Shown here one piece after another: positions 1-12,660 of a stretch of 64,000 nucleotides of DNA. Under the pieces are notes generated by a model. The model worked only from the letters and a program-made list of their open reading frames with translations, did not search any database and was not told where the DNA came from. The first letter of the stretch is position 1. Every line of letters starts with the position of its first letter. The position numbers and the translations under genes were made by a program. This DNA comes from Octopus sinensis (lineage: Eukaryota). The stretch is from the NCBI RefSeq assembly GCF_006345805.1, contig NC_043014.1, forward strand, positions 8,990,001 through 9,054,000. Reading direction: 5' to 3'.

Positions 1-1
1 A

Positions 2-400
2 CTTTGCCCAAACGACCTAAACATTAGCTTCAAGGTTCATCCAAGACTTGGACCACGGGCTATACGTCCCCCTGTCCAATCAAGATCACAACATACCTGT
101 ACACTGCAACATAATTTCTTTTCCTCAACAGGCCCTGCCCTATTTAACATTGTCCCGAGGGAGATCAAAGAGGAAAAGGATCCCATCAACTTTAAACAGA
201 GTCTGGATAGATTCTTTCAAAGAATACCAGATAAGCCACCCATAATTGGATACAACTCACCCAACAAGAACTCACTACTTGAACAAAACTTGTCTTAAAC
301 AGGATTCGAATAATCCTATCAGGTGGTGCTATTAAGTTAGACATGGCCTGGACCAATCTTTGGTCGAAACATATCTAAGTTTATCTAAGTCTAAGTTTAT
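2..400 (+). mobile_element. 3' end of CR1/Jockey-group LINE (ORF2 C-terminus plus 3' UTR)
   Basis: Frame 2..298 reads LCPNDLNISFKVHPRLGPRAIRPP...GPALFNIVPREIKEEKDPINFKQSLDRFFQRIPDKPPIIGYNSPNKNSLLEQ*, matching the GPxLFNxLP/FKxxLD/PDxP C-terminal pattern; short (ATCTAAGT)-type tail at ~371-400. Confidence 0.7.
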
Positions 401-826
401 ATATTTCCAAAATACGCCAGCCAAACCTGTTTGTACTGTTATTAGTCGTAAGACACCTGCTGTTTTTACCATTATTGCTTTTGTTTTCATGTTTTTGTAT
501 TTCATTATTGTTTTTTGCTTTTTATATTCGTGTGGCACCGTCCGTTTTGCTGTCCCGGTGTTCGTATGCATTCGATCCTTCTTCCAGGAAATCTACGCTC
601 CTAGCTTAGTTTTTCTAATGCTCGTTGCTTAGTTTTTCCTGGAGGGCTGGCCGGATCTAGTAATCTCAAGATTAATCAGTCGAAATTACTACGATGATCC
701 GGTTCTTGACTGAAGACTGAGGGCTTCGAATGTCCTGTCCGTGTTTGTTTATCGTCTTCTAAGTGTTATGCGTTCTTGTCCATGTTTGTATTTTTCCACA
801 TATCATTATATATATATATATATTAT

Positions 827-872
<46 letters not shown>

Positions 873-1296
873 TGTGTGTGCGTGTTACATAATGTTGAAC
901 GGCTAAGAGTGCTGAATGCTAAATACATGTGGAAGATGTAGTTTATTTTACTGTGAAAAGCAGAAACTGAAAGTTCAGTGACTCGAATTTCCTAGCATTT
1001 AACCCGATGATCACATTGACGTGAAACTCGAGTTTAGAGACAATCATTCAATTTCTGTTTCAAAATAGCCTTGTTTTAAAATAAAAAATATGTTTAGTTT
1101 TTATTTCTACTTTTGTTTTTCGTTATCCATTGACGTCACCGTTAGTTGAATACAGAAAAAAATGTCTTAGACTGAATTCCTTTTAAGCGTTCTTTTTGTA
1201 GGCGTTCGTGTACTGGAAATATTTCGTATGTGAATTTTGAATTTCACTAATTTTGGATCGCCTTGATAACGTTGTGTTAACATACCTTTTCGGAAA

Positions 1297-1694
1297 TCTT
1301 TATATATAAAAGAGAGGTTGTGTGCTGTCTGTCTCCTACGATTTAGATTCCTAACTACTCCCACATTTTGCGGTGCAGTTTAACCAAAACCGGGTATCTT
1401 ATAGTCGTGATTCATATCGAGCCCTTCTGGGTATTAGCGCTCGTCTACGATGAGTCTACGATTTAAAAAAAAATTTACCATCAATTTTTCCCATTTTCAA
1501 TGCATTTTTTGGCATATATAAGGGAAGTAACTCTCTAAAAATTTATCATTAAATCTCAGAACGTAAAAAGCTACAGTAACATCCTCCCCTTTGTGGTTAG
1601 CTATATTGAGATGGCTATTATACTTTACATCTCTAAAAATGCTTATATAGTTATTTCCCTTACAAACCCGAGCAACGCCGGGCGATACTGCTAA
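1297..1694 (+). mobile_element. Non-autonomous Helitron-type element
   Basis: A|TC 5' start (TCTTTATATATAAAA), CTGT repeat near the 5' end, 3' hairpin CCCG-AGCAACGC-CGGG (1667-1682), end CTAA|T (CTAG-like), inserted between A and T with no TSD. Confidence 0.7.
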
Positions 1695-1860
1695 TATTAA
1701 TACTATTTTCAATGAAATTCTCTCTCTCTCCCTAATCAACGCACTTTATATGATACAACTATTAAATGATACAACTATTAAATCTACTTAGATAATTAAA
1801 TGAAATACAGTTATTTAGCACGTGAGTATAAATGATAAAAATTTATTATCGTATATACAT

Positions 1861-2030
1861 AGGCGTAGGATTGGCTGTGTAGTAAGTAATTTGCTTACGA
1901 ACCACATGGTTCCGGGTTCAGTCCCACTGCGTGGCACCTTGGGCAAGTGTCTTCTACTAAAGCCTCGGGCAGACCAAGACTTGTGAGTGGATTGGTAGAC
2001 GGAAACTGAAAGAAGCCCGTCGTATATATG

Positions 2031-2061
<31 letters not shown>

Positions 2062-2460
2062 TATATAATATATAATATATATAATGTTATAATATATATA
2101 TATTATATATATAATGTATATATATATATATATACACATTTATATATATATACATTATATTATACATACATACATACATACATACCAACATGCATACATA
2201 CATAAATACATATATATATATATATATATGTGTGGTGTGTGTGTGGTGTATGGGTGTTGTGTGTGTGTTTTGTCCCCCCAACATCGCTTGACAATCGATG
2301 CTGGTGGTTTACGTCTCGTAACTTAGCGGTTCGGCAAAAGAGACCGATAGAATAAGTACCAGGCTTAATACAAAGAATAAGTCCTGGTGTCGATTTGCTC
2401 GCCGAAAGGCGGTGCTCCAGCATGGCCGCAGTCAAATGACTGAAACAAGTAAAAGAGAGT

Positions 2461-2462
<2 letters not shown>
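1861..2462 (+). mobile_element. SINE family A, full length, long internal TA/TG tract
   Basis: Head AGGCGTAGGATTGGCTGTGT, B-box GGTTCAGTCCC, body to GACTGAAACAAGTAAAAGAG; multicopy in window. Confidence 0.9.
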
Positions 2463-2495
<33 letters not shown>

Positions 2496-2665
2496 ATGAA
2501 TGTATGCAGGAGTAAAATTTAGAGTTAATACATGCATGTCATTGGGGGTTTTGTGGCACGGAGCAAAGCAGGCTTTGCTGTCCACTTAAGAAAATACAAA
2601 GTAAATGATCTAAAAAAAAAAACACTCGAGCAAACTTGTTCCATTTGCCAAAAGGTTGGCAAAGC

Positions 2666-3100
2666 ACCAGCAGGCTTCAGGAGACACATGCGTGGCATCT
2701 TTTCGGTTTGAACGGCAGTTTTTAAAAATAATTTCCACGTAGCTAAACACTTTTAAACTTCGTATACTAGTAGAATGTGTTTATAAAACATCTTTTTCTC
2801 TTGGCTTTATTGAGAAAATTCTATAGTTTGTAAGATATTTCGTCTGAAAATCCGAGCATTTCGGCAATTTTAACCAAGTTAACTAAACACTTTCGAACTT
2901 CGTATACTGGTAGAATGTGTTTATAAAATATCTTTTTCTCTTGGCTGTATTGAGGAAATTCTATAGTTTGTAAGATATTTGTTGTTTTTTTTTCTTCAAT
3001 TTCTGCAATTTCAACCAATCACTGACGTCTATTGAGGTAAAAAAAACATTCTGTGCCATATGAATATGTCCCTCGTTTAAGAAACAGATTGGGTTTATTT
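2666..3100 (+). repeat. Tandem partial duplicate of the adjacent MITE left part plus 28 bp of flank
   Basis: ACCAGCAGGC.TCAGGAGACACATGCGTGG.ATCTTTTCGG occurs at 2666 and 3101; this copy lacks the right TIR and carries an extra internal ~140-bp duplication. Confidence 0.85.
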
Positions 3101-3128
3101 ACCAGCAGGCCTCAGGAGACACATGCGT

Positions 3129-3571
3129 GGGATCTTTTCGGTTTGAACGGCAGTTTTCAACATAATTTGTAGATAACTAAAAAATTTTAAACTTCGTATA
3201 CTGGTAGAATGTGTTTATAAAATATCTTTTTCTCTTGGCCATATTGAGGAAATTCTATAGTTTGTAAGACATTTGTTGTTTTTTTTCTTCAATTTCTGCA
3301 ATTTCAACCAATCAATGACGTCTATTGAGGTAAAAAAAACATTCTGTGCCGTATGAGTATGTCCCTCGTTTAAGAAACTGATTGGGTTTATTTACATTTG
3401 TGAAGAAAAAAAGATACCCTTCCCCTCACCCCTAACCCTAACCCTAACCCTAACTAGCCCTAACCCTAAAACAGATTGAAATGCAATAGATCGACACTAG
3501 GGTCATAATTATGGGTGACATTTTCATATGACACCGCTAGAAAAAACTGCCGTTCAAACCGAAAAGATCCC
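3129..3571. mobile_element. MITE with 29-bp TIRs, 6-bp TSD and internal (CCCTAA)n
   Basis: TIR GGGATCTTTTCGGTTTGAACGGCAGTTTT at 3129-3157 and its reverse complement at 3543-3571; ATGCGT on both sides (3123-3128, 3572-3577); CCCTAA repeats at ~3429-3469. Confidence 0.85.
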
Positions 3572-3744
3572 ATGCGTGTCCATAGAACGTGATTAACGCT
3601 TTATTTTATTGACTCCTAATTTATCATTCCCAAAGAGAGAATCCATCGAACACATACACACATACACACATACATACACGTATAAACATGATTACACGTT
3701 AAAATGCTTAGTTCTGTTGGTAGAAATATTTCACTCCATGGACC

Positions 3745-4185
3745 TATGGTTCATGGTCTCAAAAATTTGTCCTATGAAGAAAGGCTGAGGACGCTCGACC
3801 TTTATTCTCTTGAAAAACGCCGCCGCCGTGGTGATCTCATTCTCGCCCACAACATCATAAGCGGAAAGTGTAACCTCTCGAAAGAGCTGTTCTTCACTCC
3901 TGCTCCAGAGCGTCGGCTGCAGGGTCATTCCGAAAAGCTCTACCTGCGACGATTTCATCTCAATCGAAGGAGAGGAGCTTTCTCCGTCCGGGTTGCGGAT
4001 CCGTGGAACAAGCTGCCAGACGAGATGGTGAAGATGCCGACGACCGCTTTGTTCAAAGCCTCCCTTGACCTCAAGTGGCCTGAACTCTTTACATGAACAC
4101 CACCCTGTACTTAACTCCATGTCCCCCTACATGGCCTTGCTATTTGCTTTTGAGCCAAATTAACTAACTAACTAACTAACTAATT
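3745..4185 (+). mobile_element. 5'-truncated CR1 LINE (RT C-terminus, 3' UTR, (TAAC)n tail)
   Basis: LSYEERLRTLDLYSLEKRRRRGDLI...FSVRVADPWNKLP...FKASLD is the classic CR1 ORF2 C-terminus; stop at 4096; tail TAACTAACTAAC. Confidence 0.9.
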
Positions 4186-4291
4186 AATACGTTTTCAGTT
4201 TCTTAAATAGAATGACACTTTCATAAGTGGTATGGCATAAATTATAAGGACTCATTTAATTAAAAGGATTTATTCCCTTATTTTCATTTCA

Positions 4292-4712
4292 TACTCTTTA
4301 CTCTTTTACTCTTTTACTTGTTTCAGTCATTTGACTGCGGCCATGCTGGAGCACCGCCTTTAGTCGAGCAAATCGACCCCGGGACTTATTCTTTGTAAGC
4401 CCAGTACTTATTCTATCGGTCTCTTTTGTCGAACCGCTAAGTGACGGGGACGTAAACACACCAGCATCGGTTGTCAAGCAATGCTAGGGGGGAACAAACA
4501 CAGACACATACATAATATATATACATATATATACAACATATATACGACAGGAGGCTTCTTTCAGTTTCCGTCTACCAATCACACTCACGAGGCATTGGTC
4601 GGCCCGGGGCTATAGCAGAAGACACTTGCCCAAGATGCCACGCAGTGGGACTGAACCCGGAGCCATGTGGTTGGTTAGCAAGCTACTTACCACACAGCCA
4701 CTCCTACGCCTA
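4292..4712 (-). mobile_element. SINE family A, full length
   Basis: Reverse complement of A consensus; (GAGTAAAA)n tail. Confidence 0.9.
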
Positions 4713-5170
4713 TACTTAAAAAATATTTTCTTTTGTGACACTTTTGCGGATATTTATTCCAAACACTTTCTTCTTTCCGTGTCTCGAGTCGAATCGTTTC
4801 TTCATAGAAATAATTTTCCACTTTTTATTCAGTTCAACACTTAACAAAACCCATTTTTATTTTTTCACTACAATTTTCTATTAATAACTTTAAATATTTC
4901 TTCATTTCTTTGAGTATCAACCACTTAACCTTTACGAAAATATTGATTGCCACGTCTTATTCACTTATTTGTATTCCATTTTCCTAATTTAATATTTTTT
5001 TGCGATATTTTTGCACTAATTTGCTTCAAGTATTTGTTTGCGTACATGTCAACCGCGGGAACATTTTTATTGAAATTATTTCATTGTCATTTTAATTAAA
5101 GAAATTAGCGAAACTCGATTCTTCTTTTATCGATAGAATACCATTCAATTTCAATATTCGTTTAGTTCAA

Positions 5171-5377
5171 GGCGGCAGAAACGTTAGCACGCCGGACGAA
5201 ATTTTTAGTGGTATTTCGTCTGTCTTTACGTTCTGAGTTCAAATTCCGCCGAGGTCGACTTTGCCTTTTATCCTTTCAGGGTCGATAAATTAAGTAGCAG
5301 TTGCGTACTGGGGTTGATCTAATCGACTGGCCCCCCCTCTTCCAAAATTTCGGGCCTTTTGCCTAGACTATAAAAGA
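5171..5377 (+). mobile_element. SINE family B monomer (tail T2)
   Basis: GGCAGAAACGTTAGCAC head, GTTCTGAGTTCAAATTCC B-box, GCCTTT..TCCTTTC.GGGTCGATAAATTAAGTA core. Confidence 0.85.
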
Positions 5378-5394
5378 ATATTTGCTTAGTTCAA

Positions 5395-5792
5395 GGAGGT
5401 GAGCTGGCAGAAACGTTAGCACGCCGGGCGAAATGCTTAGCGGTATTTCGTCTGTCTTTACGTTCTGAGTTCAAATTCCGCCGAGGTCGACTTTGCCTTT
5501 CATCCTTTCGGGGTCGATTAAAATAAGTACCAGTTACGCACTGGGGTCCATATAATCGACTTAATCCGTTTGTCTGTCCTTGTTTGTCCGCTCTGCGTTT
5601 AGCCCCTTTTGGGTAGTAAAGAAATAGGTATTTCGTCTGTCTTTACGTTCTGAGTTCAAATTCCACCGAGGTTGACTTTGCCTTTCATCCTTTCGGGGTC
5701 GATAAATTAAGTACCACTTGCATACTGGGGTCGATCTAATCGACTGGCCCCCTCCCCACAAATTTCGGGCCTTGTGCCTAGAGTGGAAAATA
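5395..5792 (+). mobile_element. SINE family B dimer (head + T1 unit + T2 unit)
   Basis: Second headless unit starts after AAAGAAATAG|GTATTTCGTCTG. Confidence 0.9.
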
Positions 5793-5970
5793 ATATTTGT
5801 TTAGTTCATTAAGTGTCTCTCTGCTATTTATCCTCTTTTTTTCCCTTAGACTTCTTTGTCACTGAAACGCGGCCATGCTGGGGCACCTTCTGGAAGGGTT
5901 TAATTGAACAAATCAACTAGAGTATGCGACTGCTATATAAGGGGAAAGAATCACTTCGAGCTTTAAGTAT

Positions 5971-6376
5971 CTTTTTACCTTTTATCTTTCACCTGCTTCA
6001 GCCATTAGACTGCGGCCATGCTGCAGCACCACCTTATCGAATTTATATTCGAAATTATCAACCCCCAATACTTATGTTTTAAAGACTGGTACCTATTCTA
6101 TCGGTCTTTTCTGCCGATCCACTAAGTTAAGGAACTTTAAACACTCCAGTACCGGGTGTCAAGTGATGGTGATTGGTGGGGAACAAACATACACACACAC
6201 ACACACACAGACACAGACACACACACACACACACACACATTCACACACACACGTACGACAGTCTTCTTTTACTTTTCGTCTACCAAATCTACTCAATGCT
6301 TTGATTGGTCCGCAAGGTGCCACGCAGTGGGACTGAACCCAGAGCCATGTGGCTGGGAAGCAGGTTTCTTACCACA
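5971..6376 (-). mobile_element. SINE family A, diverged
   Basis: GACTGCGGCCATGCTG, TTCTATCGGTC, GTGCCACGCAGTGGGACTGAACC blocks with internal CA tract. Confidence 0.75.
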
Positions 6377-6439
6377 GAGGAATTTATATTAAAGAGTGAA
6401 TAGAATACATATATTCCAATAGAATACATTTAATAGAAT

Positions 6440-6750
6440 GGAGACGCAATGGCCCAGTGGTTAGGTTTGCGGACTACGGTTGTAGGCTCGCGGTTTCGAT
6501 TCTCAAACTGGGCGTTGTGAGTGTTTATTGAGCGAAAACACCTAAAATCTCCACGAGGCTCCGACAGGGGCTGGTGGCGATCTCTGCTGTACTCTTTCGC
6601 CACAACTTTCACTCACTCTTTCTTCTGTTGGCCTGCTCGCATAGCCAGCGGGGTGGCGTCATTTGAAGGCTAAAACAATGCGAAGCGCATTGTGACCAGC
6701 GATGTGTAGCAACTTCTGATAGCCTGGTCGGTCACGGTGATCACGGTATC
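6440..6750 (+). mobile_element. SINE family C, tail type C1
   Basis: tRNA-like head with A-box TGGCCCAGTGG and B-box GGTTTCGATTC; tail ends GGTCACGGTGATCACGGT. Confidence 0.85.
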
Positions 6751-6758
6751 ATATATTC

Positions 6759-7120
6759 AAAGCACCATCCGTTCGTGGCCGTTTGCCAGCTCTGTCTGGC
6801 CCCCGTGTCGGTGGCACGTAAAAGCACCATCCGTTCGTGTCCGTTGTCAGCCTCATCTGGCCCCCATGCCGGTGACACGTAAAAAGCACCATCCGTTCGT
6901 GGCCGTTTGCCAGCTCTGTCTGGCACCTGTGCGGGTGGCACGTAAAAAGCACCCGCTACACTCACGGAGTGGTTGTTGTTAGGAAGGGCATCCAGCCGTA
7001 GAAACACTGCCAGATCTGACTGGGCCTGTTGCAGCCTCCTGGCTTCCCACACTCCAGTTGAACCGTCCAACCCATGCTAGCATGGTAAATGGACGCTAAA
7101 TGATGATGATGATGATGATG
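6759..7120 (+). mobile_element. SINE family D 3' part with three ~62-bp internal repeats and (GAT)n tail
   Basis: AAAGCACC-started units at 6759, 6821, 6883; GTTAGGAAGGGCATCCAGCCGTAGAAAC motif; GATGATGAT tail at ~7101-7120. Confidence 0.75.
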
Positions 7121-7386
7121 ATATTCTATTTCTACATAATTCTATTTTCTTTTCTTCATTTCTGTGAGATAAAGTTCTAAAAATCACTGGTTGTCGTGAA
7201 CAGCATTATTCTGTCCCCATTTTCATGTATTTAACTGCTTTTAAGTGTGGTACCCGTTCAATATTTGTTTTTAGCCGAACCGTTGTTAGAGGGACGCAAA
7301 CAAACCAACACTAGTTGTCAAGTGTCGTGGGGAGAAACATAAAGACACGTACATACAGACATCCATATATACACATGCATACACTC

Positions 7387-7402
7387 ATCTATCTATCTAT
7401 CA

Positions 7403-7456
<54 letters not shown>

Positions 7457-7483
7457 GTACCTACCAGTCTATCTGTCTGTTTG

Positions 7484-7538
<55 letters not shown>

Positions 7539-7540
7539 GC

Positions 7541-7592
<52 letters not shown>

Positions 7593-7626
7593 TTGTCTAT
7601 CTATCTATCTATCTATCTATCTATCA

Positions 7627-7668
<42 letters not shown>

Positions 7669-7682
7669 TTACCTAACTACAG

Positions 7683-7770
<88 letters not shown>
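7387..7770. repeat. (TATC)n microsatellite
   Basis: Direct reading. Confidence 0.98.
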
Positions 7771-7772
<2 letters not shown>

Positions 7773-8120
7773 ATGTGTGTGTGTGTGTGTGCATTGTATG
7801 CCGGTATGCAAGTACATAAAATTTAATTTTCTTCACTTTTAATTTCTGCAAAGACTACCTCAATGCGGAAGCAGTGTCTAATGCCAAGTCGTAGCCGTGG
7901 GATTAGCAGTCTGTTGAAATTTCGTGCAGACGAATCTCGGTTTGTGATTAAAAGCTGAACCGACCAACTCAGCACTCGTTTAATGAATTCAACAGTCATG
8001 TGACCAGACAATAACCTCCTTCTGCTAAGACCCCAAGGATTTTCCAGTTTGGCTTTTTAATTGAACAAATGCTTGTCTTCTATTTTTTTATTACTTATAT
8101 TTTCGCCTCGACTGATATCA

Positions 8121-8391
8121 TTCTTCTTCTTCTTCTTCTTTCTTCTTCTTCTTCTTCTTCTTCTTCTTCTTTTCTTCTTCTCCTTCTTCTTCTTCTCTTC
8201 TTCTTCTTCTATTTCTTCTTCTTCTTCTTCTTCTTCTTCTTCTTCTTTTCTTCTTCGTCGTCGTCTATTCTTCTTTTCTTCTTCGTCGACGTCGTCGTCG
8301 CTTCGTCGTCTTCTTCTTCTTTTCTTTTTTCTTCTTCGTCTTCTTCTTCTTCTTCTTCTTCTTCTTCTTCTATAATAATAATAATAATAAT
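8121..8391. repeat. (CTT)n with (GTC)n interruptions, then (ATA)n
   Basis: Direct reading. Confidence 0.95.
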
Positions 8392-8397
8392 TTCTGT

Positions 8398-8786
8398 CGA
8401 GCTGGCAGAAACGTTAGCACGCCGGGTGAAATGCTTAGCGATATTTTGTCTGCCGCTACGTTCTGAGTTCAAATTCCGCCGAGGTCGACTTTGCCTTTCA
8501 TCCTTTCGGGGTCAATAAATTAAGTACCAGTTACGCACTGGGGTCGATGTAATCGATTTAATCCGTTTGTCTGTCCTTGTTTGTCCCCTCTATGTTTAGC
8601 CCCTTGTGGGTATTCAAGAAATAGGTATTTTGTTTGTCTACGTTCTGAGTTCAAATTCCGCCGAGGTCGACTTTGCTTTTCATCCTTTCGGGGTCGATGA
8701 AATAAGTACCAATCAAGTGCTGGGATCGATTTAATCGATTTATCCCCCCCCACAAAATTTCAGGCCTTGTGCCTATAGTAGAAAGG

Positions 8787-8790
<4 letters not shown>
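8398..8790 (+). mobile_element. SINE family B dimer
   Basis: Head, T1 unit and T2 unit, ending in (ATT)n. Confidence 0.9.
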
Positions 8791-8822
<32 letters not shown>

Positions 8823-8825
8823 TTT

Positions 8826-9803
8826 ATCTTATGCTTGACTTTTGCTTTACATTTGTACACTTCTTCTTTTGATGGGACAGACTTTAGAGTAACTGGTGCT
8901 TTCCCTATCTTCATGTAAAACTTTTTTGGGTCATTTTTGAACATGTTGTTGTCCTTGAAGAATCTAACACGCTTCTCATACCTTGCTATGCGGGCAGTTT
9001 TAGCACATATCTTTTGCTTGATGGTTTCTATGGTGGCATCAATGTCAAGTATGCTTTTCATATTATATTTTTTCTTTAATTTTCGGGTTTTTGTAGGTTT
9101 GGTAGTCTTGTCAAACGTAAGGTTTTTCATACATTCTATGTCAGACCTAAGTAGCTTAATTTAGTGTTGAATACGCTCTTGCCAAGAAGGCTTTTTTCTG
9201 GGAATGTTGCCGTTTTCTAATCTTTTCACAACATAGAATTGTTGAGATTTTCGAGGATGCATAGTACAGGTGGTTGAGATCTGTGATATCAACATCATTA
9301 GCTGAAATTATAACCTTAAGTGCAAGGCGGATTTTACCAATTATTTTCAGGTTTTGGTTAGAATTGCAGATTTTTGGGTGAGTATCGCGTTCATCCATAC
9401 TGGTTTCTTTAAATTCTAGCTATTCAATCGTGATTTGATTTTTTAGATCATTTAGTTCAGTTGGGTCAATATTTGTGTGACTTTCTTCATCTATTTGATT
9501 TTCATCTGTCTTAGTGTTTATGGTTGGTACAGAGAGTATTTCACTTTGCCTATCAATTACATTAACTCTTTTAATCATTACTGCGTTTTTATCAGCCCTG
9601 GGCTGGTCTATAATTATTTCCTCTGTAGTATCTTCTTTAGCTGCAGCTTCGTTCCTATACATTACTGCTTGTTTAATTTGGTCAATCTCTACTTCAGTCA
9701 GTAATTTTTTCTTCATAATGTTTCTTCTGATGTTGGCAAGTTTGTTACTGTCTATGTAGGGTCTTACTTCAGGGTATTTCTGTCTCCAATTTAATTAGGT
9801 TTG
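8826..9803 (-). mobile_element. R4/Dong-like RLE non-LTR retrotransposon, N-terminal ORF fragment fused to its 3' terminus
   Basis: Minus-strand peptides NWRQKYPEVRPYIDSNKLANIRRNIMKKKLLTEVEIDQIK and ETIKQKICAKTARIARYEKRVRFFKDNNMFKNDPKKFY..PSKEEV match the pre-RT region of the R4/Dong clade; flanked by (TAA)n. Confidence 0.75.
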
Positions 9804-9871
9804 TATTATTATTATTATTATTATCATTATTATTATTATTATTATTATCATTATTATTTATTATTATTATA

Positions 9872-9905
<34 letters not shown>

Positions 9906-10456
9906 GAGTGAGCGAGCAGAGCATGCCATCAAAGTGACACTGGGTAAAATATACGAAGCCCAGTATACCCATCATGACTACCCGTCTGATAAGGGTACAC
10001 CAGGCACATGCATCACAACCATATGTGCGCGACATGGTGATCTCATATCAAGATAAGCAGCACATGACCTTGCAGGTGGAGCCCAGTTAGAATTTTCTTC
10101 AGATCGAGTAACCCATCCCGCTCAAAAGGTCCCTGAATAAGGGTTGTTTAAGGACGTTGAACGAAACACCCATGTTTCCAGAGGTGAATTATTCAAACCC
10201 CAAAGAATCCTTCTCAACCATGGCTATGATGCTCCCCCACTACTTCTGCTCGTGATCAGAGATGCACATATCGTCAGCCACTAAGGGACATGCTCAACTG
10301 GTTAAGGTCAAACAACTGACAAGCAAATCTGTGGTATTGAGCAGAATATTTGCTGTAGCCCATCTTTTATACCAAGACAAAACAATGTACATGATAACAC
10401 TTCCAATCAGTTAAGATCAGAAGCCATGAGAGCCACTGCCTGGTACTGCATCAGGG

Positions 10457-10459
<3 letters not shown>
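9906..10459 (-). mobile_element. 554-bp non-coding element embedded in (TAA)n
   Basis: Unique block flanked on both sides by ATT tracts; a 130-bp end-sharing copy lies at 12154-12283. Confidence 0.7.
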
Positions 10460-11511
<1,052 letters not shown>

Positions 11512-11515
<4 letters not shown>

Positions 11516-11640
11516 TTTTTTCCTTCTTTCTTCAGATTTTCTTCCGTTTCTACCAGTGATCCTACAATCACTGGTACTGTAGTCGCCTTGAGATGCCACA
11601 TTTTTTCAATTTCTATTAGCAAGTCTCTATATTTACTGAT
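11512..11640 (-). mobile_element. RLE-domain fragment of a second R4/Dong-like subfamily
   Basis: Minus frame ISKYRDLLIEIEKMWHLKATTVPVIVGSL; flanked by ATT tracts. Confidence 0.7.
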
Positions 11641-11670
11641 CTTATTATTATTATTATTATTATTATTATT

Positions 11671-12096
11671 CTATGTTTGACTTTTGCTTTATGTCTGTAC
11701 AAGTTGGCTCCAAGTCTCACCCAGATACCTCAAGAGACAACAGGTTGGAAGTTCACGTTGTTGTTATGCCTAGTGTGCCATATATATGGTTTTTTTTGGT
11801 GTTGTACTAGTGAATGTCTAATACATAGATTTAAAAAAAAAAGTTTGTTTTAAACCTTGGGATTGCATAGAGAGTATTTTGCGTAGGATATGAGCAGTTC
11901 CCATGAGCACTATCTTTTGAATTTCTGCCATTTTGGGGTTTCCTGGTATCTGAGTTAGGTAGCAATCAGCCCCTTTCGCTATCATTCCCAGGGCACCTAT
12001 GACAACAGGTATTGTTTTAGCCTTCAGCTTCCACATTTTGCTGATTTCTATTTCAAGATCTTTATATTTGCTCAGTTTTTGGTAGGTCTTGACAGA

Positions 12097-12097
<1 letters not shown>
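11671..12097 (-). mobile_element. 5'-truncated R4/Dong-like LINE 3' end (RLE C-terminus plus 3' UTR)
   Basis: KLSKYKDLEIEISKMWKLKAKTIPVVIGALGMIAKG...IQKIVLMGTAHILRKILS; (TAA)n on both sides. Confidence 0.85.
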
Positions 12098-12149
<52 letters not shown>

Positions 12150-12153
12150 TATT

Positions 12154-12283
12154 GGTGAGCGAGCAGAGCATGCCATCAAAGTGACACTGGGTTAAAATAT
12201 ACGAAGCCCAGTATACCCATCATGACTACCCGTCTGATAAGGGTACACCAGGCACATGCATCACAACCATATGTGCGCGACAT
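12154..12283 (-). mobile_element. Truncated copy of the 554-bp (TAA)n-embedded element
   Basis: Near-identical to 9906-10035; breaks at GCGCGACAT into (ATT)n. Confidence 0.85.
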
Positions 12284-12304
12284 TATTATTATTATTATTA
12301 TTAA

Positions 12305-12351
<47 letters not shown>

Positions 12352-12660
12352 TATTATTATTAATCAATTAATTAATTAATTAATATAGGTGACCAGCTGG
12401 TGGAATTGACAGCACACCGGGCAAAATGCTTTCCGCCGTCGTTTTGTTCTGATTTCAAATTTCCCGAAGATCAACAATCCCTTTAATCCTGTCGGGTGTC
12501 TATACAATAAATCCCATATGGGGCACTGAGGTTGATGTAATCGACTTACGTTAACCCTTAAAGTCTCTGATCTCACCCACCAAAACTGGAAACCATCATT
12601 AGGGGCAGTTGTTGATAGCAAAATCGTCAGAGTGTGCGAGATTAAACGTTTTATTACTTA

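Noticed and set aside
690-740. CTGAAGA hammerhead-like core at 710
   Set aside because: No downstream GAAA with paired stems
3429-3469. Chromosome end or telomere fusion site
   Set aside because: Only ~6 units, single orientation, inside a TIR-bounded element
10380-10460. Ribozyme at the end of the 554-bp element (CTGATGC)
   Set aside because: Core is non-canonical and I could not build hammerhead or HDV pairings by eye
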